Shown here piece by piece: positions 9,211 through 19,329 of a stretch of DNA of 64,000 bases. Every line of letters starts with the position of its first letter. Positions within the stretch are counted from its first letter, which is position 1. The DNA is from Lentisphaeria bacterium. Its GTDB lineage: Bacteria; Verrucomicrobiota; Lentisphaeria; JABSQK01; JAWLHB01. The stretch covers positions 1-64,000 of the forward strand of contig JAWLHB010000026.1 of NCBI GenBank assembly GCA_041690595.1, given 5' to 3'. The position numbers were made by a program, and so were the translations under genes. Under the pieces are notes generated by a model, which saw only the letters and a list, made by a program, of their open reading frames with translations, did no database searches and was not told where the DNA came from.

Positions 9211-9798
9211 ATGAAACGGCAGAGATTCACCTTGATCGAATTGCTCGTGGTCGTGGCTATAATCGCGATCCTGGCATCGATGCTCCTGCCCGCCCTCTCG
9301 CAGGCGCGGTCCCGAGCACAAACCGTCAACTGCAAGAGCAATCTGAAGCAGTTTTCTACCTCCGTTCTGCTCTATGCCGATGACTACAACAACTATACCC
9401 CGCGCACGTACAGTGCCACCCAGGCAGGCACCTTCTGGTCCGGCGCTTTGAGCGCCACCGGCATCATGCCGATCAAGGAGCAGATTCGCGCCCAGTGCCC
9501 TACCAATGACTATGCCCCCTACAGCGTAAATGTTCCCAAGTACGTCTATGGCAGGGTTATGGGCGAGGTCGCCCTCACCCGATTCGATCCGGCCGAGAAC
9601 TTCATCGTCTTCACCGACGCCGGCTATCGCAGCGACTGGGGCACTCCACGGCTGGACTACTATGTTGCCGACCACAGCTACCATATACAGGTTGGATACG
9701 ACCTTCACAACGGCGCCAACCTGGCCTTCCTCGACGGGCACATCGGATTCGCCCGCCAAAAGGGAGAGATCAACATCAAATCGCTGCGGCTGCCTTAG
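9211..9798 (+). CDS. Prepilin-type N-terminal cleavage/methylation protein with H-X9-DG-type C-terminus (DUF1559-like)
   Basis: [56 protein letters not shown] upstream. Confidence 0.9.
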   Translation: MKRQRFTLIELLVVVAIIAILASMLLPALSQARSRAQTVNCKSNLKQFSTSVLLYADDYNNYTPRTYSATQAGTFWSGALSATGIMPIKEQIRAQCPTNDYAPYSVNVPKYVYGRVMGEVALTRFDPAENFIVFTDAGYRSDWGTPRLDYYVADHSYHIQVGYDLHNGANLAFLDGHIGFARQKGEINIKSLRLP

Positions 9799-9816
9799 CG
9801 GCACTGGAGGCTTTAC

Positions 9817-12800
9817 GTGCGCAACCTGCTGATCTATGGCATGCTCGCCGTCGTGACGGCTGCCGCGGCCCCCAGAATCGAACAACCCTGGTATCGCAGC
9901 AAGGTGCCGCAGGCGGCCGTGCCCAAGGTCGCGGTGGCTCCCACCATCGATGGTCTCGTTGACGAGGACGAATGGGCGCGGGCTCTCTCCTTCACCGGCC
10001 TCATGGCGCCCGGCAATCCCTATGTGCTGCCAGAGGTGATGCAGGGGCGGGTCTGGGTGACCTATGACGACAGCCATTTCTACGTCGCCCTGAAGTCGCC
10101 TATTCCCCCGCCATTTCGCTATGCGCCCAACGGTCTGCGCGTCGCCGGTGAAAAGCATGACGACAGCGGCAGGATCGAATCCGGCGATCATTGGGAACTG
10201 CGCTTCCATGAGGATGGTCCCCGCGCTCGACCCGATACCATGCTCTTCTACATCAGTCCCTCCGCCACCTTCAGCGATCAGCGCATTCTGCCGGAGCATC
10301 GTGGCCAGCCGCGCCATCAGTCGGGACTGGAGTGGGAAAGCGGCGCCACCGTGAAGACCGCCATCGGAGATCGTTTCTGGACCGTCGAAATGGCCATTCC
10401 ACTCCTCGCCCTCGGTTACGAAAACGGCATTCCCGATGGCCAGCGCTGGCGAACCCTTTTCTGTCGCCGTCGCGGCTATTCCAGCATGGACAACGCACAG
10501 GGAGAATGGAATGGCGCCGTCGCGCATTTCATGAACGACCAGGCGGGATTGCTCCTCTTCAGTGGCACCTCTCCGGCCGTCCAGGTTCGGGGACTGGGGG
10601 AGATGCGGGTGGCGGACCAGGTCGTTCCCGATATTCGCGTACACGGCAGTGGCGAGCTCCGCCCCGTCCAGGTCCGGCTCACGCTCGCCAGCGGCGACTC
10701 CGTCCTCGCCACACAGCAAGTGGACGTCACCCCGGGCGATGAGACGCTACGCCTCGACTTCGCGCCAATGCCGATCGTCTATCCGCCAGATCGGACCGCC
10801 CGCCTTGAGATCGAGGCTTCCGCGGGGGACGATCATCTCTACAGTGCCTGGATTCAGCTCAAGCCACTGACTCTCGCCGATTATCATGCTTTCGCCGAAT
10901 GGCCCTATGGCACGTGGCCCTTCGCCTCCCCGCTGCATCAGCAGTGGAAAATGGATGTGGCTCACTATCCTTCCCATGCGACCCTCACCGCGGATGTCGA
11001 TCTCACTGCCAGCTACCTGCCGGAGCCGGTCCGTCAGGCTGCCGTGGCCATGCTGCAGCTTCATTCGGATGAGGCCCTGATCCGGGAAGAGGTGATCGCC
11101 ATCGCCGATGGGCGAGGGCACCTGCAGTGGGACAACCTCCTTTTGTCCGAAGGCACGTATACCATGCGTGGGCAACTGCGACAGGCCGATGGCACCCCGA
11201 TCGGCGAGCCGGTTGAGGTCGACTTTGTCCGACACCTCTACCCCTGGGAGAATAACCGCATCGGCATCTCTGACAAGGTCTTTCCACCATTCGAGCCCAT
11301 ACGGGTCGACGCTTCCCGCCTGGATCTGTGGGGACGCACCTACGAGCTCGGCACCTGCGCTCTGCCCGGCGCGGTCACCGCCGGCGACCAGACTGCCGTG
11401 CCCGGCCAGCGGATCGTCGCCCCCATGCTGCTCGACGTGGTCACCGCCGCCGGCCGTGAACGCTTTACGGGCAGCACCACCGTAACCGCGCACGAACCCG
11501 GCCTGGTTCGCCTGCAAGGCACCGGCACTGCCGCCGGCATCGACCTTAGCGTCGAAAGCCATCTGCAGGTTGATGGTTGGTACGAAGTCACCATGACTCT
11601 CTCCCCGAGGGAGCCGGTCGATATCGAGCGCCTGGAACTGGTGGCGCCTGTTGGCGAGTATGCCGATACACTCTGGTTCTACCGCCTGCGATCGCAGATC
11701 GGCGCCAGCGGCCTGGCGGCGGGCGATGGTCTGCTCTGGAACAATCTGCATCGCAAAGGGCGCGAGTCGCGCAATCTTTTTACTCCCGTTCTTGGCGTGG
11801 GTAATGGCGATGTGGCTTGGTGGTGGTACGCCGATTCGGATGCCGCCTGGAAGCTCGATTATACTTTGCCATCGCAGGAGATCGTCCGCCAAGATGGTGA
11901 CGTGCAGGTGCGTATGGCCCTCATCAATACGCCCACCCGCCTCTCCCAACCCATGAGCCTGACCTTCGCCATCGGCACCAATCCCTGCAAACCCGATCCA
12001 CCTGACCGCCGCCGCCAGATGTGGGGTGGGAACTCCCGCATTCACGACACCAGCGGCTATGCCTACTGGGGCATGGGCGTCGATGCCATCTGCGCCGAAG
12101 ACGAGGCCGCTTACCGTCAACTCAAGGAAGTCATCGATAACTGGGCCGGTGATAGCCGCCCCATCGTCCTCTACAACTCCGGCGAACTCATTGGCCCCTC
12201 CATGCCTGGCTTCGAGACTTTTGCCGCCGAATGGGGACACACAACCCCGTTCGTCCCCGCTCCCGAATACCGGGACAGCGATGTCCATGCCACCGTGCAC
12301 TGGCGCGGACTCACCCAGGATTGGCGCAGCAAACCCCTGCGCCTTGGACCGGCCAAGGCGGACCTTGTCCAGAGTCAGATCGACTTCCGCATGTGGCACT
12401 ATGCCCGCAACCTCCGGGAACTCGGCATCAACGGCTACTGGTGGGACAACGCCTCCATCTGGCCCGGCGACAACGTCATCACCGGCCGCGCTTACCGCAC
12501 CGCGGATGGCCAGCTTCGCCCCGGCTACCCCACCTTTGCCCGCCGTCAGCTCAACCAGCGCCTCTTCGTGCTCTACAAGGAGGCAGGCGTCGAACCCTTC
12601 ATGCTCATCAACAACCATACCAGCTATGCTTTCTCCCAATGGCGCTGGGCCATCGAGGCAGACGCCTACGTTTACCGCCATGGCGGAAACATCTTCGAGA
12701 CCCTGGAGCGCCACCACGAGTATGATATCATCTCCCGCGTCGTCGAGACGGATCCCACCCCCCTCGATCCCGTCGCCCGCTTTCGCTCCCACCACTGCAT

Positions 12801-13230
12801 GCGCCGCCTGCCAGGCGCCATCGTCAGCAATCTCGACCGCCGTGCCGATCATGCCATACATGGCACCCGAAGCATCATCGGCCTCTCCCTGCTCCACGAC
12901 TTCGGTGTAGAATCCGGCGTCCACGAAGAGACCCTGAAGGCGATCAGGGAGACCCTCGAGAGCTTTGACTTATTTGACCCGGGGGTGACCTTTCTGCCGT
13001 ACTGGCGGCTGCCCGACAACGCCGCCTTCAGCCATGATCAGCTGCTGATGAGCCTCTATCGCCATCCCGATGGGCAGATGATGGCCATCCTGGTCAATCC
13101 GCTCAAGGAGCCCCTGACCGGCCGCCTCACGCTACCCGCTCGGACAATCACCGATGCTGAAAACGGCAGCGCCGCGGATGGCGACATCACCATCCCCGCA
13201 CGCGAATTTCGATTGATTATCGCACACTGA
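9817..13230 (+). CDS. Large secreted putative glycoside hydrolase (CBM9-like N-terminus, DUF6067/GH123-like core), 1137 aa
   Basis: Signal peptide; APTIDGLVDEDEW, WTVEMAIP (CBM9-like); GINGYWWDN; FLPYW; paralogous to next gene. Confidence 0.6.
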   Translation: MRNLLIYGMLAVVTAAAAPRIEQPWYRSKVPQAAVPKVAVAPTIDGLVDEDEWARALSFTGLMAPGNPYVLPEVMQGRVWVTYDDSHFYVALKSPIPPPFRYAPNGLRVAGEKHDDSGRIESGDHWELRFHEDGPRARPDTMLFYISPSATFSDQRILPEHRGQPRHQSGLEWESGATVKTAIGDRFWTVEMAIPLLALGYENGIPDGQRWRTLFCRRRGYSSMDNAQGEWNGAVAHFMNDQAGLLLFSGTSPAVQVRGLGEMRVADQVVPDIRVHGSGELRPVQVRLTLASGDSVLATQQVDVTPGDETLRLDFAPMPIVYPPDRTARLEIEASAGDDHLYSAWIQLKPLTLADYHAFAEWPYGTWPFASPLHQQWKMDVAHYPSHATLTADVDLTASYLPEPVRQAAVAMLQLHSDEALIREEVIAIADGRGHLQWDNLLLSEGTYTMRGQLRQADGTPIGEPVEVDFVRHLYPWENNRIGISDKVFPPFEPIRVDASRLDLWGRTYELGTCALPGAVTAGDQTAVPGQRIVAPMLLDVVTAAGRERFTGSTTVTAHEPGLVRLQGTGTAAGIDLSVESHLQVDGWYEVTMTLSPREPVDIERLELVAPVGEYADTLWFYRLRSQIGASGLAAGDGLLWNNLHRKGRESRNLFTPVLGVGNGDVAWWWYADSDAAWKLDYTLPSQEIVRQDGDVQVRMALINTPTRLSQPMSLTFAIGTNPCKPDPPDRRRQMWGGNSRIHDTSGYAYWGMGVDAICAEDEAAYRQLKEVIDNWAGDSRPIVLYNSGELIGPSMPGFETFAAEWGHTTPFVPAPEYRDSDVHATVHWRGLTQDWRSKPLRLGPAKADLVQSQIDFRMWHYARNLRELGINGYWWDNASIWPGDNVITGRAYRTADGQLRPGYPTFARRQLNQRLFVLYKEAGVEPFMLINNHTSYAFSQWRWAIEADAYVYRHGGNIFETLERHHEYDIISRVVETDPTPLDPVARFRSHHCMRRLPGAIVSNLDRRADHAIHGTRSIIGLSLLHDFGVESGVHEETLKAIRETLESFDLFDPGVTFLPYWRLPDNAAFSHDQLLMSLYRHPDGQMMAILVNPLKEPLTGRLTLPARTITDAENGSAADGDITIPAREFRLIIAH

Positions 13231-13261
13231 ACGACCCCGTGAAATCCAACAGGAGGGACTG

Positions 13262-16200
13262 ATGAAGAGGATACTGCTGACCATGATGCTGGCTATGGTA
13301 ACTGTCGGAGCCCCCGCCGCGGAAAGCCCCGCTTTCCAACATCCCGTATTGCGGGTGCCCCGCATGAGCAGCCCTCCAAACCTAGACGGCATCTTTGTCG
13401 AAGGCGAATGGCGCGAGGCCGCCGCCTTCACCGGCCTCAGCGGCAATCCCCTCGGCAAGCCCTTCCTCCTGCCCGAGGCACAGCAGGTGACATGGTACCT
13501 CGGCTGGCATGGCGACATGATCTATCTCGGCATGAAATCTCCCCATCCCCAGGGCACCTTCCCTGTCGGACGCATCAAGGAGAATGACGACCCCGATATC
13601 CTGTGGGGCGACCACACCGAGATCCAGATCTGCCCCCATGCACGCGGTGACGCCTCCCGCCCCGGCAAAGGCTTCTACAAGCTGATCACCAACGCCTGGA
13701 GCGCTCTGCAGGACACCCATTACTACAATGGCACCCCCGGCACCGAAGATCTCTGGTCATGCGGGGGAGAGGTCAAGAGCCACGTCACCGACAGCATGTG
13801 GACGATGGAGATGTCCATGGACGCCCGCCAGATGCAGCTCCGCAAACTCGATGGTGCCGAGCTGATCGTTCAACTCGTGCGGGCAGCCGACACCGGCGGC
13901 ATCTACTATGCCGGCTGGGTTGGCAAGAGTTGGATGGCCTGGGACGATTTCGCCTCATGTATCTTCGATCCGTACGCCCCGGTCATCCAGTTCACCCGTC
14001 TGGGCGAAGTGATGGAAGGCCGCCTCGATGCTGCCTTCACCCTTACCGCCGTCGAAAAGCCGCGTGACATCAAGGTTGAAGTCTCGATCGAGAACGCCGA
14101 TGGCAAGGCCGTCTACCAGGAGGCCAGGAGCGTGAGCCTCGCTGCCGGCGAGAGTCAGGAGCTGCTCTTCAGCAGTGTCGATATCCCCCTGACGGAAGTC
14201 GACATCGACGGACAGCGCAATCACCTTGAGATCCGTGCCACCTACATGGATGGCAAGGCCGAGCGGGTGCTGTACCACAATCGCAGCTCGATGATGAAGA
14301 TGACGCCGGCCTGGCGCGCCAAGTACTGGGATCCGTGGGTCAACACTCGGCCACAGGCCGGCGACTGGCAAGCCGATTTCGCCTATCTCCCTTACAGTCA
14401 GCGCCTCAGCGCCAAAGTCGACACCGACTTCTTCGGCATGACCGACGACATTCGCCAGGCGAGCCGCTTTCAGGTGAGCGTTCGCGACAAGGCATCCGGC
14501 AGCGAACTCCTGAGCAGCGCCGCGGAGCTGACCAAGGGCGCGGGAGAGTTGTTCGTCGAGACCCCCGATTTGGCCGACGGTGAATACCAGGTCGTCTTCA
14601 CCCTGATCGGCCCCGACGGTACTGCCAAGGTCGGCGAGCAGCTCTTCGATTTCGTGCGCAAGCGCTATCCTTGGGAGCACAACCGCCTCGGCTACACCGA
14701 CAAGGTGATCCCGCCCTACACACCCATGGCGGTGAACCCGCGCATCATCGTCGGCGGCGGCCCCGCCGGACGTTACTACATGGGCTTCGACAACAAACCG
14801 GGTACCTATCTGCATGCCTGGGGACGCGTCTACCAGCTCGCCGCCAACGGCCTCCTCGAGCAGATCTGGGCGACCCCGCCGACCGGTACAGCCGGCCGTG
14901 TCGAGACCCTGCTGGCCGCTCCGATGCGACTCGAAGCGAAGCTCGCGGGAGAGACGCAGGTGCTGGAAGGGACCGGTTTCACGCTCACCCGCGAAAGCGA
15001 AACGCGCATGGACGTCGAAGGCGGCGCCGCCGGCTCGGGTATCCGGGTCGCCACGACCGCTTACGAAGAGTTCGATGGCTGGTATCAGGTGGAACTGGCC
15101 GTCTCGCCCGAGGCCGGCGCCGTCGAGGTGGAAGCCCTCGATCTCGTTGTCGACCTGCGTGATGTGACCGGCGACCGCCAGAACCCCGTCTTCCCCGTCG
15201 ACACCCTCTACACGCAACGCCTTGGCATCGGGAAGGACTCCTTCTACGGCGGCATCGACCGCAAGCCCGGTCTGGCCTTCACCAGCAGCAGCCTCTTCAG
15301 TCCAGGTGCGCGCACCGGCCCCGCTGACGTCATCAAGGACTGGAAGAGCTTCCTGCCCATCACCTACGTCGGCAACGGCGACCGTGGCCTCTGGTTCTTC
15401 GCCTGGAGCGATACCGGTTGGACACTCGACGAGGAGGATTCCGCGGTTCGTGTCGAGCGGCTCGCCGACGGCAATGTGCGCCTGCGCGTGCGCTTCATCA
15501 GCGGCCCCGATCAGCTCGACGCGGTGCGCCGCATCCGGTTCGCCGTTCAGGCCGCGCCCATCAAGCAGAACGATGTGGAGTATCGCACCCGCCTCTCGCG
15601 CATCATGCACGACACCAGTGGTTACCGCTACTACGGCGACTCCGTGGACAGCTTCTCGCTCCATACCGAGGAAGACTACGCCAAGCTGCGCGAATACCTG
15701 CTCCACGGCACCCGCTATCAGGAGCATGACAAAGGCTCCCGCTATGGCCACTGGGAAGGACGGCTCGGCAAGTTGCTTCGTGAGGGACGCGCCGACCGTG
15801 TCATGATGTATGGCAGCCAATGGATGACCGGACTGGGCGCCGAGGAGTTCGATTCGTTCGGCGGCGAGTGGCTCGGAAAGTCCAACTGGGAGCCGAACCC
15901 GGATCTCAAGTTCGCCGACAAATGGAACTACGGGCACACGGTGAAGTGGCACTCCCCCCGCGAGCTTACCGCCAGTCGCGTCAACTGGCCTCAATCCATG
16001 GCCGACTTCTTCGTCTGGTACCACGAGCGCTTGATCGACAAATCCGGCTTCAACGGCACCTGGTGGGACAACTGCTACTCCGGAACGGTCACCGAGTACG
16101 ACCCGGAACTGGACCGCCTGGATGCCAAGTGGAACGTGCCGTATCGGCGCGAGCTGTGCAAGCGCCTCAATGTCGTCGGCTGGGAACATATGCGTCCGCC

Positions 16201-16882
16201 CTGCTGGAGCATGAATACCCAGGTGGACATGGCCTGGTGCCAGGTCTTCTGGCTCGTCGAGGGTGACTGGGGGCAGAGCGCACCCGACATCACCATCCAG
16301 GAGCAGTTCGGCTCCATGGGCTGGGCGCGATCGCAGATTCGCACCAAGTCCACCACAATGGTGGCCAAGACCTCCTATATTTCCCACTTCAAGGGAAACA
16401 CCCCCGAGACCGACCGCCAGTGCAAGCGCAGCGCCGACGGCCTGATGCTCTCCCACGACATCCCTCCCGTCAACAACACGGAACTGATTCACCAGCTCAA
16501 GTACGTCGTCGATTATGCCAACACCGACGCCTGCTTCTTCATGGGCTACTGGGGCACCGGCGCCTTCGTGCAGCCCGCCGGACGCGAGGTGCACGTCTCC
16601 GCCTATCAGAACCCCAGTCGCGGTGCCGCCGTTCTGGTCTTCTATAACGGCCTGAAGCGCGATCAGTACCTTGGCGGCACGACCATCGACGCCGCCGGCG
16701 TTACCCGGACCTCATCCTGGCAGCCCATGGAAGCCGACCGGGCCGTTGACATTGCCCGCGTCTACGACCTCGAAAGCGGCCAGGCGGTACGAACAGCCTT
16801 CCGTGACGGCCGCCTGGCGATCGACGAGCCATACGTCCTGAAAGCTCACGAATACCGTGTCCTCGTTCTCCAAGCCAATTGA
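13262..16882 (+). CDS. Large secreted putative glycoside hydrolase (paralog of upstream gene), 1206 aa
   Basis: Signal peptide; PNLDGIFVEGEW; shared motifs YPWE.NR.G..DKV.PP, HDTSGY, G.WWDN, FMGYW. Confidence 0.6.
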   Translation: MKRILLTMMLAMVTVGAPAAESPAFQHPVLRVPRMSSPPNLDGIFVEGEWREAAAFTGLSGNPLGKPFLLPEAQQVTWYLGWHGDMIYLGMKSPHPQGTFPVGRIKENDDPDILWGDHTEIQICPHARGDASRPGKGFYKLITNAWSALQDTHYYNGTPGTEDLWSCGGEVKSHVTDSMWTMEMSMDARQMQLRKLDGAELIVQLVRAADTGGIYYAGWVGKSWMAWDDFASCIFDPYAPVIQFTRLGEVMEGRLDAAFTLTAVEKPRDIKVEVSIENADGKAVYQEARSVSLAAGESQELLFSSVDIPLTEVDIDGQRNHLEIRATYMDGKAERVLYHNRSSMMKMTPAWRAKYWDPWVNTRPQAGDWQADFAYLPYSQRLSAKVDTDFFGMTDDIRQASRFQVSVRDKASGSELLSSAAELTKGAGELFVETPDLADGEYQVVFTLIGPDGTAKVGEQLFDFVRKRYPWEHNRLGYTDKVIPPYTPMAVNPRIIVGGGPAGRYYMGFDNKPGTYLHAWGRVYQLAANGLLEQIWATPPTGTAGRVETLLAAPMRLEAKLAGETQVLEGTGFTLTRESETRMDVEGGAAGSGIRVATTAYEEFDGWYQVELAVSPEAGAVEVEALDLVVDLRDVTGDRQNPVFPVDTLYTQRLGIGKDSFYGGIDRKPGLAFTSSSLFSPGARTGPADVIKDWKSFLPITYVGNGDRGLWFFAWSDTGWTLDEEDSAVRVERLADGNVRLRVRFISGPDQLDAVRRIRFAVQAAPIKQNDVEYRTRLSRIMHDTSGYRYYGDSVDSFSLHTEEDYAKLREYLLHGTRYQEHDKGSRYGHWEGRLGKLLREGRADRVMMYGSQWMTGLGAEEFDSFGGEWLGKSNWEPNPDLKFADKWNYGHTVKWHSPRELTASRVNWPQSMADFFVWYHERLIDKSGFNGTWWDNCYSGTVTEYDPELDRLDAKWNVPYRRELCKRLNVVGWEHMRPPCWSMNTQVDMAWCQVFWLVEGDWGQSAPDITIQEQFGSMGWARSQIRTKSTTMVAKTSYISHFKGNTPETDRQCKRSADGLMLSHDIPPVNNTELIHQLKYVVDYANTDACFFMGYWGTGAFVQPAGREVHVSAYQNPSRGAAVLVFYNGLKRDQYLGGTTIDAAGVTRTSSWQPMEADRAVDIARVYDLESGQAVRTAFRDGRLAIDEPYVLKAHEYRVLVLQAN

Positions 16883-16884
16883 GG

Positions 16885-18759
16885 TCAGCCCAGCAGCGAC
16901 GGCCACCAGATGCAGGCCATGGTCAAGCTCACTACCGCATACAGCAGGTTGAGCGGCAGGCCGATCCGCAGATAATCGCGATAGGTGTAGCCGCCGGGGC
17001 CATAGACCATCATGTTGGTCTGGTAGCCGATAGGCGTGGCGAAACTCGCCGACGCGGCGATGGCGATGATCAGGATGAAGGGTCTGGCATCGGCGCCCAG
17101 CAGGTCCGCCGTACGCAGGGCTATGGGAAACATGAGCGCCGCCGCCGCATTGTTGGTGATCACTTCCGTGAAGAGGTTGGTCAGCAGGTAGACCGCGATC
17201 AGCGCGCCAAGCACACCGCCGGCCGCGGAGATATGCAGAAGGCGCTCCGCCACCAGGGCCGATGCACCACTCTGATCGAGCGCAAGACTGATCCCGAAGG
17301 CCGCTGAGATCACCGCAATGACATTCCACTCCACATGGCGGAACAGGTTGTGCGGCGGCAGGCAGTGACCCAGTACGAGCGCCGCCACCGCCACCGCCGC
17401 CGTGATCACCAGCGGCGCCAGCCCCACCGTCGGCAGCAGCACCATCAGGATCAGCACGATCAGCGCCAGGGGGCCTTTCTTCGGAATACTCAAGTCCTGG
17501 CGCAGGGGGGACACCAGATAGAAGTCGGCGGAGTTCTGCCAGATCCGCCTGAAGCCGAGCCCGGCGATGAGCAGGAGCGTATCCCCCGCCCGCAACGGCG
17601 TATCGGCGAGTTGACTCTCCATACGTTCGCCATTGCGGTGGATGGCAAGAACCGTCGCGTCGTACTTGCGGTTGAAACGAACCTGGCGAAGCGTGCTTCC
17701 CAACAGCGGTGACGAACTGGAAATGACCACTTCCAGGAGCTGTGACTGGCTGCCCAGGTCGATATGATCGCCAAGATGGGGCATCGACAGGCCGGGAAGA
17801 TTGTTCAGCGAAAGCACCCGATCGCGTTCACCCGCGAAAGTGAGCATGTCCCCTTCCTGAAGCTGGAACTCGCGCTTCACCGGGGCGAAGTTCCGGTCAC
17901 CCCGTCGAACCTGGAAGAGGAACAGCCCCTCCTGATCGCGCAGCCCCGCCTCGTCGATGCTCTTGCCCGCGAGACGGCTGTTGGGTTCGACCGTCGTCTC
18001 CAGCAGATACTCGCGCACCTCGCTGTCGGCGTTCCCCAGCATGTCGGCGCGCCCTGGCAGGAGCCTCGGCGCCGCAAGGATCAGGTAAATGGCGCCCACA
18101 ATCGCGGCCGGTACACCCAGCTTGGCCAATTCGAACATCCCCATGCCGTCCAGACCGTGACTCTGCATCAGGCCGTTGACCAGAAGGTTTGTCGAGGTGC
18201 CGATAAGCGTGCAGGCACCCCCGAAGATGGTCAGGTAGCTGAGCGGAATCAGCAGTTTCGACGGCTGAATGCGGCGCCGGATTGCCCAGTCACGCAGCAG
18301 CGGCATGAAGATGGCCACGATCGGCGTGTTGTTCAGGAAAGCTGACATGGCGATGAGGGGGGCGGCCATGCGCACCAGTGCCTGACGCGCATTCAGCTCG
18401 GAGGTCAACACGCGACCGGCTATGCGTTCCATGATGCCCGTCCGCTGGACGCCGGCGGCGACGATGAAGAGGAGCGCTACCGTCACCACGCCCGGATTGC
18501 TGAGCCCCGAAAGCGCATCCTGTGTGCTCAGAAACGGCTCTGGCGCCAGCAGGCTGGCCACCATCAGCCAACTGAGCGTGCCGCAGACCGCCAGCTCCGG
18601 CGGCCAGTAGTCCCGGATCAGGACCACCAGCATGAGGCCGATGCCGAACAGGGCGCATGCCGCGGATGAGAGCACCCCGGCCCAAAGCAGCACAAGGAGT
18701 AACAAGAGCAGGAGTGGCGACAGCCAGTAGCCGGGATCGTGACTGCGGGAGTTCGACAT
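16885..18759 (-). CDS. SLC13/DASS family permease with TrkA-C domains
   Basis: SAFLNNTPIV, GGACTLIGTSTNL, TEVITNNAAA, FATPIGYQTN..GPGGY. Confidence 0.92.
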   Translation of the reverse strand: MSNSRSHDPGYWLSPLLLLLLLVLLWAGVLSSAACALFGIGLMLVVLIRDYWPPELAVCGTLSWLMVASLLAPEPFLSTQDALSGLSNPGVVTVALLFIVAAGVQRTGIMERIAGRVLTSELNARQALVRMAAPLIAMSAFLNNTPIVAIFMPLLRDWAIRRRIQPSKLLIPLSYLTIFGGACTLIGTSTNLLVNGLMQSHGLDGMGMFELAKLGVPAAIVGAIYLILAAPRLLPGRADMLGNADSEVREYLLETTVEPNSRLAGKSIDEAGLRDQEGLFLFQVRRGDRNFAPVKREFQLQEGDMLTFAGERDRVLSLNNLPGLSMPHLGDHIDLGSQSQLLEVVISSSSPLLGSTLRQVRFNRKYDATVLAIHRNGERMESQLADTPLRAGDTLLLIAGLGFRRIWQNSADFYLVSPLRQDLSIPKKGPLALIVLILMVLLPTVGLAPLVITAAVAVAALVLGHCLPPHNLFRHVEWNVIAVISAAFGISLALDQSGASALVAERLLHISAAGGVLGALIAVYLLTNLFTEVITNNAAAALMFPIALRTADLLGADARPFILIIAIAASASFATPIGYQTNMMVYGPGGYTYRDYLRIGLPLNLLYAVVSLTMACIWWPSLLG

Positions 18760-18840
18760 CGCGTAACCTGGGGTCAGGGGAAAAACCCTGAAAATACGTC
18801 AGCTTGTCGTGCAGTCAAGCTACTGGCCATGATCATCCTG

Positions 18841-19242
18841 TCATTGAGCTGACGGAAGCGGCTGGATGAGCAGGCGATCATCGCGCAGGTCAACGACCTG
18901 GCCGGTGTGCTGCGCAATGGCCTGCTGGATCGTTTCCGGTGTCATGTTGTGCGGATCGCACTGGATCGCAACCATGGTCTCCAGTTGCGGATCGTTGAGG
19001 CTCGTCTGGGTACCGGGCAGGTAGATGGTGCCGGTGGTGAAATCCACCGCGAAGGCGATCACGCCCGGCAGCAGAAAGAAGAGCAGGCCGATGGCATCGA
19101 GGAGGACGACGCCAACATCGAGTCGGCCGCCCTGTTGACCCCGGCGCTCCGGATACAGGATTGTCCCGCAGGAGGTGACATGCAGCGTCGCCAGCGTCGT
19201 TACGAGGACAAGCATAAGGGAAAGGAACTGCTTGATTCGCAT
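18841..19242 (-). CDS. Conserved hypothetical lipoprotein/membrane protein
   Basis: Lipobox-like VTSC then CGTILYPERRGQ..GLLFFLLPGVIAFAVDF..GTIYLP. Confidence 0.7.
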   Translation of the reverse strand: MRIKQFLSLMLVLVTTLATLHVTSCGTILYPERRGQQGGRLDVGVVLLDAIGLLFFLLPGVIAFAVDFTTGTIYLPGTQTSLNDPQLETMVAIQCDPHNMTPETIQQAIAQHTGQVVDLRDDRLLIQPLPSAQ

Positions 19243-19329
19243 GATAAAGTACCTCTGTTGACGTTGATTTTGCAGCCGCTGCCTTGCCAGGATGGTTCAC
19301 TATAGCGTAGATGAAGAAGACTATGCAAA

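Noticed and set aside
10747..16594. Long antisense ORFs (725 aa, 879 aa; likewise 9010..10719, 24959..26329, 37414..38778, 51843..54287)
   Set aside because: Shadow frames of genuine high-GC genes with no recognisable motifs
18841..19242. Polyribonucleotide nucleotidyltransferase label sometimes given to this small family
   Set aside because: A 133-aa lipoprotein-like sequence with no PNPase domains
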